A DNA stretch of 63,617 nt, counting the filler, from an uncultured Methanosarcinales archaeon (GTDB taxonomy: Archaea; Nanobdellota; Nanobdellia; Woesearchaeales; CALCXY01): NCBI GenBank assembly GCA_964385185.1. It is 5 parts of 5 records of this genome, joined end to end, with 100 filler letters (N's around TTAATTAATTAA, not from the genome) between each part and the next. Parts side by side here need not be neighbours in the genome. Positions count along the whole stretch, not along the records: positions 17,175 to 34,239 come from CAYLOA010000026.1; positions 34,340 to 49,081 come from CAYLOA010000028.1; 3 more parts are not named here. One strand, 5' to 3'. The position numbers and the translations under genes were made by a program. The notes under the pieces were generated by a model. It had not been told where the DNA came from and did not search any database. It was given only the letters and a program-made list of their open reading frames with translations. The first letter of the stretch is position 1; the number at the start of each line of letters is the position of its first letter. This document shows, in pieces, positions 29,935 to 39,729 of the stretch.

Positions 29935-32156
29935 TTTTTTCTGAAATAGAGAATGCTTGCAATGAGGATGAACATGGATATGATTGAGATGATTATTCCT
30001 CTTTTGAATACTTGTGGTTGATAGGAGAAGGTAATTTCGTTAGTTCCTGCTTCTATGTATACTGCTCTGAATATTGAATTTGCTCTTAAGATTTGAAGAG
30101 GTTGGTTGTTGTTTGTTGCTTTCCATCCTGGATGAAATTGTTCTGAGACAAAGAGATAGCCAGGATTTTCATTGTTTATTTTTATTTTGAAGTGATTGGG
30201 AGAGGATTGTTCGATAACTGCTGGAGTATATTCTCCTGGATTGTTTAACGGTGTAGTTGGTTTTTCTGAGAGAATGATGGAAGTTTTAGGATTGAATATA
30301 TCTGAAGTTATTAATCCAAGAGGGTTTGTAGATGGTTTAGCGTTTGGAACAAGAAAAGCTTTTGGGAGTGTTTCTCTTGATTCCACAGTAAATTCATTGT
30401 TTTCGTTATTTATGATAAATCCTACATTTAGGAGATCTAGAAGTATGGGATGGTGGTCAGCCTCCTCTATATATCTTACATATTCAGCTGAAACTGAGTT
30501 GGCACCTGAGTCAACCATGTCTAGGTCATAGAATTGTGCTTTCCAAGCTGGATATTGATAGGTAGGATCATATGATCTTGCCGTAGGGTTAGTTTGTAAT
30601 GCTGTTATGATGTTATCTTGACTGTATATTTCATCTATGGGTTTAGCGTCTATAAATGGCATTCCGTAGATGAATAGTTCTGCGATGATAATAATGGCTA
30701 CTATTGTTAGGAATGTTTGTTTTGTTGCTTTTTTATGTTGGAATGCAAATAAGGTTGTTGTGAAAGCTACCAAGACTATAGTTGCTAGTAGCATGTCTTT
30801 CAATATTTGTTGGAGGACTGTTGACACATTTTCTAGATAGTAGGAAGCAGATCTTGAGAAAGGTCCTGTTGTTTTTAAGATTCCTGCATCTATTTTATCT
30901 TGGACTAAGTTTTGTCCATAATTAGTGAGTGTTGGGGTGAGGAGTGATGCTCCTATTGTTGAAATTATGGCTAGAATGCTGATTATTGTGAGGATTTTGA
31001 GGAGTTTTTCATTTTTTTGTGAGAGTATTTTTTGGATACCAAATCCTGCTAGGACTGAGGCTGCTAATGTAAATAGGAAGAGAATTCTAGCGGGAGCTCG
31101 GAAGAGATGAAATCCAGGAATTTGTGTGATAAGGTGATAGAGTGGTGTGAATTTCCCTAGTGCTATGAGGATGGTGAGGATAGCTATTCCTGAAAAGAGC
31201 CATCTATATTTATTTTTTTGTGAGAGTCCTATGAGTGCTAGTAGTAATGGGAGGATTCCTAAGAAGATAGAGAGTTCCCAGAAGTTTAATGCTCCCCAGT
31301 AGGTGTGAGTAGTTGGTGTTCCAAAAAAGTGAGGTGATAGAAGTGTTATGAGGTGGGTAGGTGGGAGGGAGAATTGTGAAAGATATTCATACGTAGGGGA
31401 TGCTCTTGAAGATAGAGATGCACCTTCACCTGTGGGTAAGATATAGAATGCAGCTAAGGTTAATGAGAAGATTACAGCAGCTAACATGATTAAAGAAGGT
31501 TTTAATGCAAGATTTGGTTTTTTATTTTCTTGGAGCGTTCTTACAAGCCAATAGATACCAACAATGAATGTTGAGTAGAGTAGGAGTTGAGGATGAGATG
31601 AGATTATTTGGAGTGCTAAAATACCTGAGAAAAGGATGGGATAGATGAGCTTCTTTTTTTCTAAGTATTCTTCGATTAAAAGTAAGAGTAAGGGGGTGTA
31701 TGCTATTCCTGTGAAGACAATATGTCCTGCAAATAGATGAGACATTATTTTTCCCGAAAACATAAAGATTATTGCTGAGATTAATGCTGGAAATTGTTGG
31801 AGCCCTATTTTTCTCGTGTAAAGATAGGTGAAGAGTCCTGCTAGGAAGATATGGAGCATTACTACAAAAGTAAATACAAATGCTGGTTGCATGATGTATG
31901 ATAGGAGGAATGGTGGATAGAATAAGAATGATTCTGGATCATTAACTGCGGATATTCCAATTGTGTACAGAGGATTCCATTTTAAGAGTTCTCCTGAGTC
32001 TTGGAAAGTATTGTGTTTCATTCTTTGTAGATTGTAATGATAGAATACAATGTCTGATCCTGGAGAATAGAGAAGTTCGTCTGGATTGGTGAGTGGTTGA
32101 TAGAAGAAAATACCCGTTAGGATGATGAGTAGTAAGACTATATGGGTTGTTTTCAT
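29931..32156 (-). CDS. YfhO-family membrane glycosyltransferase
   Basis: WNP…G, FYPP, FRAPAR, HPGWKA, RAN-IFRAV. Confidence 0.82.
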   Translation of the reverse strand: MKTTHIVLLLIILTGIFFYQPLTNPDELLYSPGSDIVFYHYNLQRMKHNTFQDSGELLKWNPLYTIGISAVNDPESFLFYPPFLLSYIMQPAFVFTFVVMLHIFLAGLFTYLYTRKIGLQQFPALISAIIFMFSGKIMSHLFAGHIVFTGIAYTPLLLLLIEEYLEKKKLIYPILFSGILALQIISSHPQLLLYSTFIVGIYWLVRTLQENKKPNLALKPSLIMLAAVIFSLTLAAFYILPTGEGASLSSRASPTYEYLSQFSLPPTHLITLLSPHFFGTPTTHTYWGALNFWELSIFLGILPLLLALIGLSQKNKYRWLFSGIAILTILIALGKFTPLYHLITQIPGFHLFRAPARILFLFTLAASVLAGFGIQKILSQKNEKLLKILTIISILAIISTIGASLLTPTLTNYGQNLVQDKIDAGILKTTGPFSRSASYYLENVSTVLQQILKDMLLATIVLVAFTTTLFAFQHKKATKQTFLTIVAIIIIAELFIYGMPFIDAKPIDEIYSQDNIITALQTNPTARSYDPTYQYPAWKAQFYDLDMVDSGANSVSAEYVRYIEEADHHPILLDLLNVGFIINNENNEFTVESRETLPKAFLVPNAKPSTNPLGLITSDIFNPKTSIILSEKPTTPLNNPGEYTPAVIEQSSPNHFKIKINNENPGYLFVSEQFHPGWKATNNNQPLQILRANSIFRAVYIEAGTNEITFSYQPQVFKRGIIISIISMFILIASILYFRKN

Positions 32157-33175
32157 CTTTTGTAGAGTTTATGTGTTGCTAATGCTACTGCATTCCAATT
32201 TGCTACTTTTCTATATGCTGTTATGTTCTTTTGATACTTGGTATAGTTATTTTCGACATTGAGTACTGCTTTTTGGATTGCAATGTGTGAATTAGGGTGA
32301 ATAACTTTTCCAATATTGTATTCCTGAGCAATTTCATGGACTGCTCCTACTTCAGAGACAATTACAGGTATGTTATATGATACTGCATCTGCAATAACTG
32401 CTGATGTGTATGGTCCCCAGATGTAGGGCATAATCATTATTGAAGCATCTTTGAAATATTGGATTTTCTTTTTTTCTGATATCCAGCCAAAGTCACACGT
32501 GACATGGTTGAGGTTATGTTTCTTAATGTATGATTGTAATTCATCAGCGTATGCTTGGTTTACAGGATTTCCAGCTAATGTGAGTTTGTGGTTTTTTAGG
32601 TGTTTCATTGCTCTTAGTAAGTGAATATGTCCTTTTTCTTTTGAGAGGATACCAAAACTGAGAAGATGGTGATTATTTTTGGGTTTGTTGTTTGTGGGAG
32701 TTATACCCATTAAAACTGTAGAGATGTTATTGTACCCTTTATTTTTCAGGAATTTTTGTTGTAGTGGTGAGTGGACAATGATATTCTTTGCTTTTTTGCA
32801 AATTTGGTTTTCTATATGTCTGAGGACTTTATTTTTTATTCCTTTGTTGCTGTATTGGACTTCGTGGAGTGTAACGGTTACTGGAATGTCTTGATTTAAG
32901 GCTTTTATGAAGGGTTGGTTGAGGAGTTTAGGTGCAAAGTAGGGGGCTATATATTGAAAGTGAATTTGATCTAGTTGTTCATCTTTGATTATCTGTCTAA
33001 TTTGTGATGCAAATGAAATTCCATGGAATTTTATCTTATGATCTGCAGTTGAGTTCATAGATCCTATGGTAATGACATCCATCTTATTGTCTTTCATGGC
33101 TGTGACTAGATTGTTTGTATATATTGCAATTCCACATTTTTCAGGTGGAAATCTAGATACCATACCTATTTTCAT
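32153..33175 (-). CDS. GT4 glycosyltransferase
   Basis: FPPEKCGIA-Y, TLHE, FGILS-EKG. Confidence 0.85.
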   Translation of the reverse strand: MKIGMVSRFPPEKCGIAIYTNNLVTAMKDNKMDVITIGSMNSTADHKIKFHGISFASQIRQIIKDEQLDQIHFQYIAPYFAPKLLNQPFIKALNQDIPVTVTLHEVQYSNKGIKNKVLRHIENQICKKAKNIIVHSPLQQKFLKNKGYNNISTVLMGITPTNNKPKNNHHLLSFGILSKEKGHIHLLRAMKHLKNHKLTLAGNPVNQAYADELQSYIKKHNLNHVTCDFGWISEKKKIQYFKDASIMIMPYIWGPYTSAVIADAVSYNIPVIVSEVGAVHEIAQEYNIGKVIHPNSHIAIQKAVLNVENNYTKYQKNITAYRKVANWNAVALATHKLYKR

Positions 33176-33227
33176 TATCTTCTCTATCTTAGAAAGCTAT
33201 ATAAATCTAGTGCAATTTAGGTTAAGA

Positions 33228-33938
33228 ATGGAGAAAAAGGTTTCTGTGGTGCTTGCCACTTACAATGAAAAGGATAATATCAAAGTAGTTATTGAAGGTT
33301 TAATTAAACATGTTGATGGACTTTTTGAGGTGATTGTAGTTGATGATAATAGCCCTGATGGCACTTGGAAAATAGTACAAGAGATGGGTAAAAAGGATAA
33401 AAGAATTAGGTGTATACATCGTGTTCATGAACGAGGATTAGGAAGTGCTATTGCTCGTGGTGTTGCTGAGTCAAAAGGGAATTGTATTGGTTGGATGGAT
33501 GCAGATACTGCACATCCTCCTGAGACTATGGGAAAGATGGTTGATGCTCTATCAGATTATGATGTAGCTATGGGAAGTCGATATGTTCCTGGTGGAGGGG
33601 ATGATCGGAGTTCATTGAGGATCGTTACTTCAAAAATGTTGAATTATTATACAGGGGCTGTATTGGGAAGTTTTAAGGTGCATGATTGGCATACAGGATT
33701 TATTGTTGGACATCGAAGAGTGTTTGATAAGGTTACGTTAATGGATACAGGATATGCTATGTATTGTATTAAGTTTTTACGTGATTGTGTTCGAGCTCGG
33801 TTTACCATTAAAGAAATTCCTTTTATTAATCGTGAACGGACTCTTGGTGAGAGTAAAAGCATAGCTGGAACAATGGATTTGTTTAAACATGGGATTAATT
33901 ATGGGATTGATATTATTAAGTTGAGATTTTCAAAGTAA
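33228..33938 (+). CDS. GT2 polyprenol-phosphate mannose synthase-like
   Basis: TYNE, DDNSPDGT, MDAD, GSRY. Confidence 0.88.
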   Translation: MEKKVSVVLATYNEKDNIKVVIEGLIKHVDGLFEVIVVDDNSPDGTWKIVQEMGKKDKRIRCIHRVHERGLGSAIARGVAESKGNCIGWMDADTAHPPETMGKMVDALSDYDVAMGSRYVPGGGDDRSSLRIVTSKMLNYYTGAVLGSFKVHDWHTGFIVGHRRVFDKVTLMDTGYAMYCIKFLRDCVRARFTIKEIPFINRERTLGESKSIAGTMDLFKHGINYGIDIIKLRFSK

Positions 33939-33989
33939 TTGTTGTTGTATTATGTAAATGTTTAAATAATTGAGAGGTATTCTGGATGT

Positions 33990-34239
33990 ATGACAGTAGG
34001 AAAACAGGAATATAAGGGAACAATTTCAAATCCCTCTTCAGCTTGTTCTTTTTTCTATATGAATGAAGATACTTTTACTCAAGCTGTTGATGCTGTTTTG
34101 CCTTCCGTATTTAATGATCAAGAATATAATCCGTTAGAAAGATCTTTAGATGATACTCGTAATCTTGTTCTAAGAGGTAGTTTATTAGTCACTCCAAACT
34201 TACCTGATGTACGAATTGGGATTCAATATAAGCATATAT
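33990..34239 (+). CDS. Hypothetical protein (3'-partial)
   Basis: ORF runs into linker. Confidence 0.4.
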
Positions 34240-34339
34240 NNNNNNNNNNNNNNNNNNNNNNNNNNNNNNNNNNNNNNNNNNNNTTAATTAATTAANNNNN
34301 NNNNNNNNNNNNNNNNNNNNNNNNNNNNNNNNNNNNNNN
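34240..34339. other. Artificial contig linker
   Basis: N-run/TTAATTAATTAA/N-run. Confidence 0.98.
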
Positions 34340-35088
34340 ATAATTTTATTACTTTGATGATCCATTGTGGTTCAAGAGGGATGGGACATCAAGTAGCCTC
34401 AGATTTTATTAGAAGTATGGAGAAGAAGTATGGATATGCTGATTTACCTGACAGGGAGTTGATTAATGCCCCAATTACTTCACAAATTGGTCAGAAGTAT
34501 GTGAAAGCAATGAATGCTGCTGCTAATTTTGCTTTTGCCAATAAACAACTTATTACTCATAATATTCGTGAAGAGTTTTCAAAAATATTTGGAGACTATG
34601 ATGTAGGTGTCTTGTATGATATCTGTCATAATATTGCTAAGTTTGAAAAACATAAGATTGATGGGTCCGTTAAGGAAGTTTGTGTGCATAGAAAAGGTGC
34701 TACTCGTAGTTTTGGTCCAGGACGGAAGGAACTTCCTGAGAAGTATCAAGGAGTTGGACAACCTGTTTTGATTCCTGGTAGTATGGGGACTTCTTCTTAT
34801 TTATTAGTTGGGACTGAGAAGGCTGAAGAGGTTAGTTTTGCTTCAACTGCACATGGTGCTGGAAGGGTTATGAGTCGAAATCAAGCTATGCGAGATTTTA
34901 ATAAAGCAGATATTGTTCAAGATTTAGAGAAAAAGAAGATTTATTTACGAGGAGCTTCTAAACGTGGAATTGTTGAAGAAAGTCCTGGTGTGTATAAAGA
35001 TGTTAATGAAGTAGTTAGAGTTAGTGATGCACTTGGTATTGGTAATTTAGTTGTTAAGGTTAAGCCTTTGGGTGTTATTAAAGGATAG
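34340..35088 (+). CDS. rtcB: RNA-splicing ligase RtcB (5'-partial)
   Basis: HCGSRG, HNIAK, HRKGAT, PGSMG, HGAGR. Confidence 0.93.
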
Positions 35089-35356
35089 ATGCTAGGTTTA
35101 AGTCTTGGATTATTCTGGCTGTAAGTCTTTTTTCTGCCTTGCTTATCCCATTCCCATTTAATGGTATGTCTACTACTTTGTCATATTTAAGAATTAAATT
35201 GTCATGTTTATCTTTTCGAGTACACCCTGTGTGATCTACAGTAGCTTTAGCATGCCAACGACGATTATGTTGATATATTTCAAACGTGTAAGGAATCCTA
35301 ACATTCATTACTGTCGATCCATGATACCAAATTGAACCAGTATATGTTTTACTCAT
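35078..35356 (-). CDS. Hypothetical protein
   Basis: 92-aa ORF. Confidence 0.5.
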   Translation of the reverse strand: MSKTYTGSIWYHGSTVMNVRIPYTFEIYQHNRRWHAKATVDHTGCTRKDKHDNLILKYDKVVDIPLNGNGISKAEKRLTARIIQDLNLASIL

Positions 35357-35392
35357 TGACTAAGTGATATTATTATTATTTTAAAAACTTTT

Positions 35393-36031
35393 CTAAATTT
35401 CAAATATTTTCCCCTTCTTACCGACGTTAATTACTGTTGTGTCTCCAATCTTTTCTTCTATGCCTTCTGCTTCATGGACATGGGAGCAGAGAAGGATGTC
35501 GGGTGTGAATTTCTTTGCTGCTTTTGTTACTCCGTCTGATCCAGGTAGAAACTTGGTGAATTTTTCCATTTTGGTTCCTGAGGGATGGACATGTGTTACC
35601 ATTATTTTCTTTTTTAGGTAGTCAATTTTGTCATGGCCTACCTTTAGAAGATCAAATATTTCATCTTCATCTAATTGGAATAATCCTATGTTTGCGCCGC
35701 CTGCTCCGAATATTCCGACTTCTCTGTATTTTACTGAGTAGCCATGGATGTTTTTAACGTCGTATAATTGTGCTAGAAAGTCAGCTGTTGCGACTGTTTC
35801 ATGATTTCCAGGAATTAAGAGGACTTTTTCATTTCTTTTTTTGAATGGCCCTACAATATTATCTGTTGATTCTTCAAATTGGGTGAGGTCTCCGCAGAGG
35901 ATGACTAAGTCTACTTTTTCTTTTTCAGCTTGTTTTGCAAGTTTCTCTGCTAGGGATGTATCTCCATGTATATCTCCTGCTGCGAGGATTTTTAGTTTTC
36001 TTTCCCTCTTTGGAGATTCTTTTTTAGTCAT
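35393..36031 (-). CDS. Metallophosphoesterase
   Basis: DIHG, GD, GNHE, SHVHE. Confidence 0.9.
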   Translation of the reverse strand: MTKKESPKRERKLKILAAGDIHGDTSLAEKLAKQAEKEKVDLVILCGDLTQFEESTDNIVGPFKKRNEKVLLIPGNHETVATADFLAQLYDVKNIHGYSVKYREVGIFGAGGANIGLFQLDEDEIFDLLKVGHDKIDYLKKKIMVTHVHPSGTKMEKFTKFLPGSDGVTKAAKKFTPDILLCSHVHEAEGIEEKIGDTTVINVGKKGKIFEI

Positions 36032-36063
36032 AGAGATATAGAAGTAATTGTAGTATTAAAATG

Positions 36064-36636
36064 TTACCGTTGTGTCACTTTTGCAATTGCCGAAGTTAAA
36101 TCTACTAATGTGGATGGATTTCCTGCTTTTTCTCCATCACTTATTACAAATTCAACTTTAGATTGAATATCTGTATCGATTGTTTCAGAGGAAGTCATAA
36201 ATTCATCTCCTGCTTTATTCACAGAAGTGGAAATGATGGGAATTTTTAGTTCTTTGACAATATCTTTTATCCAATGATCTGGAATTCTCACCCCGATTGA
36301 ATGTATTCCAGGATTTACAGATGAAGTTACAATAGATTCATTTTTGAGTTGAAGAATGAGGGTGAAGGGTCCAGGAAGTCTTTTTAACCATTTCCTTGCT
36401 TGAGCGTTTACTTCACAATTTGATTCAATCCACTCGATTGATGGTGCTATGATTGAAAAAGGTGAATAGAGTCTTTCTTTGGCTGCACGTACTAGTTTTA
36501 CTGCCTCTTCATTCGTTGCGTCGCATCCTATACCGTAAATAGTGTCAGTTGGATAGACAAATAGGGCCCCATCTCTTATCTTTTTTATATAGATATCTTT
36601 GCTTGCTAGAAATTCATCCTTTGAAATTGTATGCAT
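36064..36636 (-). CDS. tsaC: L-threonylcarbamoyladenylate synthase (TsaC/Sua5 domain)
   Basis: YPTDTIYG, K-R, PGPFT, STSVN. Confidence 0.9.
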   Translation of the reverse strand: MHTISKDEFLASKDIYIKKIRDGALFVYPTDTIYGIGCDATNEEAVKLVRAAKERLYSPFSIIAPSIEWIESNCEVNAQARKWLKRLPGPFTLILQLKNESIVTSSVNPGIHSIGVRIPDHWIKDIVKELKIPIISTSVNKAGDEFMTSSETIDTDIQSKVEFVISDGEKAGNPSTLVDLTSAIAKVTQR

Positions 36637-36813
36637 TATAAGAAGAATATTTTGGAGTTTATATAGATTATGTTGTAATATTATATAAAAACGTGACTTG
36701 TGGGTAGAAGTCTTATATTGGCCAAATTGTATGGTTTTGGATGATTTTGAGTGGGCATAAGCACAAGACAAGTGCCCCCCTAGGCTATTTAAAGGACTGA
36801 GCGTATGTATAGT

Positions 36814-36879
36814 ATATCAGAAACTTCCCATACAATGGCAAGTTCCTGAGCATGATCAAGAACCTATGGTTCTTGACAT
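36814..36879. repeat. Bipartite palindromic element, family C copy 1
   Basis: ATATCA-stem-TGAGCATGATCA-stem-TGACAT; same scaffold as 60464-60573. Confidence 0.75.
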
Positions 36880-36941
36880 AACAATGGCGAGGCGCAGGGT
36901 GGGACCCGGCCTCCACAATTTTGTTTTTTGAGGTGATAAAA

Positions 36942-37043
36942 ATGGAAATGGAAGAATTATTTTTTAGGCAAATACAGAAAGTTACTATGGATACGTTGTA
37001 TCCAACTTTGTATATCAAAATAGGAGGGGATACTCATGTTTAA
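36942..37043 (+). CDS. Putative 33-aa microprotein
   Basis: GAGGTG SD; MEMEELFFRQIQKVTMDTLYPTLYIKIGGDTHV. Confidence 0.5.
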   Translation: MEMEELFFRQIQKVTMDTLYPTLYIKIGGDTHV

Positions 37044-37161
37044 ACTATTCAAGCAAAAAAAGTATATGGATTGGGGAGAATATAAGCACAGAATCACATT
37101 CATTGAAGACTATTTCTTTCAACAGTCTGTCCGTCAGGCTAATGTTAGGCACCTTACCTAG
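37036..37161 (+). CDS. Putative 41-aa microprotein
   Basis: GGAGG SD, overlaps previous stop; MFKLFKQKKYMDWGEYKHRITFIEDYFFQQSVRQANVRHLT. Confidence 0.5.
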   Translation: MFKLFKQKKYMDWGEYKHRITFIEDYFFQQSVRQANVRHLT

Positions 37162-37204
37162 TACCCCTTCCCTCGGCTGCCATCTACAAAAAGCGCTGAG
37201 GGGT

Positions 37205-37933
37205 CTATTTCTTTATTGCATTAATATATGAAGCGTTTAATCCACCCAGTCTGAATATTATGATATCTTTTACTTTTAGTTTTTTCATTTCTTGTATGTC
37301 TTCTTTTAGTTTATTTGGTGAGAGGATAGGTTCATTTCCAAGAATTCCTATTGCAATAGTTCCTAAGCCCACCATACATTTTTTTGTATGTTTTAATGTG
37401 TAAGGTAATGAATTTTCTACAAACCATTTTGTGTGGTGTTTTGATAACATCGATGTATAATACATAAAGATCTTTGTATGTGGGTGTTTTTTATCACAGT
37501 AGGATACTCCTAGGATTTCGGATAACCATAATACAGCGTATTCTGCGGTGTATACGTGCTTATGTGAGTGGAAGAATTTTTTTATTAAGGATTTGTTTTT
37601 TATGAAGTAGGGCAGAGTGGTTAAAAATCTCCAAGGATGTCGAAATGGGAGTTCTAAGTCAAGCATTATAGGTTGATTGTTGGGTATTTCTTGGAAGATT
37701 CTTTTTAGAGCTGAAGTTTTTGAGAATGGAGAAATCCAGTAGCCTTCTTTACCTTGTAGAATAGGCCAATAGATACATTCTGTTTTTTTGTTTATTTGTT
37801 TTATATTATTTTGTAGGTGGAGGAATTCTTTGTATGAATGTGCGGCTAGGAAGAGTTTGTGTTTCCAGGTGATTAAAGATAATTTATTTAGGTTTTTGAT
37901 TGTTGGGAATTCTTCGAAAAAGTGGGTGTTCAT
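37205..37933 (-). CDS. Hypothetical protein (possible TIM-barrel/GH-like)
   Basis: 242 aa; MLDLELP, IFRLGG. Confidence 0.6.
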   Translation of the reverse strand: MNTHFFEEFPTIKNLNKLSLITWKHKLFLAAHSYKEFLHLQNNIKQINKKTECIYWPILQGKEGYWISPFSKTSALKRIFQEIPNNQPIMLDLELPFRHPWRFLTTLPYFIKNKSLIKKFFHSHKHVYTAEYAVLWLSEILGVSYCDKKHPHTKIFMYYTSMLSKHHTKWFVENSLPYTLKHTKKCMVGLGTIAIGILGNEPILSPNKLKEDIQEMKKLKVKDIIIFRLGGLNASYINAIKK

Positions 37934-37958
37934 GATGGTTCTAAGTAATATGTGTATA

Positions 37959-39029
37959 TTAAATTAACTGTAGAATGTTTGATGCCCATAACATACCTTC
38001 ATCTGTTGAGTAGAACGGTGTTTTGAAGGGTTTTCCTGTTTTGTCGAATACTTCTAAGAATGTTTTGTGTTTTTCAATTAAAGAGATATAGGTGTTTAAG
38101 TGGTGTTTGTATTCTGGCGTATTTTTTATGAGTTTTAAATATAATGGGCCCATGTGCATCCAGATAGCATCTCTTTCGTAGTCTCCTGCAAAGATTTCTA
38201 GCCAGATTAATTTGTGTTGTTTTTTAGTTGCATATTTTAGAGGGAATGGTTGGGCGAGATTCTTTATTGATTGTAGTGCTTTTGTTTTTATTGCTTTGTT
38301 TGTTATTGTGTTTGTTATGAATGGAAAGATGTTTGCATCGCCAGAGACTTCAGGATTGTTTGAGAGGTCATCTTTGAAATAAGATCCTGTCCAGAAATGT
38401 TTGGTTATTAGTTCTTCGTAATTGTAATCTTTTAATGGGTTTGGGAGGGATAGTTTTTTGAGGTCTTGTTGGAGCATGGAGAGCATGCAATTGTCGTAGC
38501 AACTGGATGATCTTTTTGCGTAATCTTTCATAGAAGAGAAATGTTTATTTCTCTTTACTAAGCCATTATTGTCTAGGTAGGATGTGAAGTTATTGATGTT
38601 TTTAATGAGGAAGTCTTTGTGTTTGTTTATGAGTTGTTTGTTGTTTAGGAGGGTGAGTGAGTGGATGAGCCATGGTAATGAGTCTATTGCTTCATTAGGG
38701 AAGTTGAAGGGGATGTTATTGGGTGTAATAGATGTTGTTATTTTATTGTGTTTTTGGAATATGTTTAGGGCGTAATTTAATGTTGAAGTTACTTGCTCTT
38801 TGTATCCTAGTTTTAGGAGTGATTCTGTGCACCAACCAAAGTCTCTTGTGTAGAATTGGGTGAAGTGACCAGAAGATACTTGGAAGAATTTGTTGTTGTA
38901 GCAGTTGTTTATTATTTTTTTTAGAATTTGCTTTGGTGTTCCTTTGTATGTTTTGAAGCCTCGTTTATTTACATTGAGGTGTCTTCTGAACATACGATAT
39001 GCTTCTTTTAGGTGGATTAGTGATATCAT
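37959..39029 (-). CDS. Putative six-hairpin glycoside hydrolase-like protein
   Basis: FYTRDF, IWMHMG, FLEVF…MLWA; start at ATG 39029. Confidence 0.55.
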   Translation of the reverse strand: MISLIHLKEAYRMFRRHLNVNKRGFKTYKGTPKQILKKIINNCYNNKFFQVSSGHFTQFYTRDFGWCTESLLKLGYKEQVTSTLNYALNIFQKHNKITTSITPNNIPFNFPNEAIDSLPWLIHSLTLLNNKQLINKHKDFLIKNINNFTSYLDNNGLVKRNKHFSSMKDYAKRSSSCYDNCMLSMLQQDLKKLSLPNPLKDYNYEELITKHFWTGSYFKDDLSNNPEVSGDANIFPFITNTITNKAIKTKALQSIKNLAQPFPLKYATKKQHKLIWLEIFAGDYERDAIWMHMGPLYLKLIKNTPEYKHHLNTYISLIEKHKTFLEVFDKTGKPFKTPFYSTDEGMLWASNILQLI

Positions 39030-39034
39030 GAAAA

Positions 39035-39481
39035 TGAACGGACCAGAGGAGACGACTAAGTTACTAGTCGACGGCAACGTAGTACAGGGATTTCGTAAAA
39101 CGAAATCCCTGAAGCTAAAATAATGAACGGACCAGAGATAAAGCGGAATTGCTTCCGCAGACCTCTGGTCCTACTCTTTTGAACGGACCAGAGGAGATTT
39201 GAACCGACTGAAAGGTCAGCTCGACACCCTAGTAGTAAGGGGATCCACTTTGTGGACCCCTCAGCTAAAATAATGAACGGACCAGAGGAGACGACTAAGT
39301 TACTAGTCGACGGCAACGTAGTACAGNNNNNNNNNNNNNNNNNNNNNNNNNNNNNNNNNNNNNNNNNNNNNNNNNNNNNNNNNNNNNNNNNNNNNNNNNN
39401 NNNNNNNNNNNNNNNNNNNNNNNNNNTCCACTTTGTGGACCCCTCAGCTAAAATAATGAACGGACCAGAGGAGATTTGAAC
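39035..39481 (-). repeat. Tandem array of tRNA-Arg 3'-end copies with hairpin spacers
   Basis: TGAACGGACCAGAG at 39035, 39124, 39180, 39274 and 39457 (the tRNA itself); 100-N gap at 39327-39426. Confidence 0.85.
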
Positions 39482-39555
39482 TCCCGACCTATCCCTTAGG
39501 AGGGGATCGCTCTATTTGCCTTGTGTTTTACACATCCAGACTGAGCCACAGGTCC
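39461..39555 (-). tRNA. tRNA-Arg(CCU) with 20-nt D-loop intron (39516-39535)
   Basis: Cloverleaf after removal; ATCCC-CT-CCT-AA-GGGAT anticodon arm; BHB motif. Confidence 0.9.
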
Positions 39556-39729
39556 ATAAAGAATGAGGGTTGAAAACTGTATTTAATAGTTGTGGTAGAG
39601 TGGGTAAATGTTTAAATATTGCCAGGAGTATGCATTATTATGGCAGAGGAAGTCTGGATTTGGCAAGATTTTTGCAAATTAACTGTGTACAATAGAAATA
39701 TTTATATACTGTTTCTCTAATATTAATGT

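Noticed and set aside
36885..36916. tRNA/tmRNA-like 3' end (…GCCTCCA)
   Set aside because: No T-loop consensus or cloverleaf; treated as a simple hairpin
39035..39481. CRISPR array
   Set aside because: The repeat is the tRNA 3' end, spacers are irregular, palindromic and reused, and no cas genes are present
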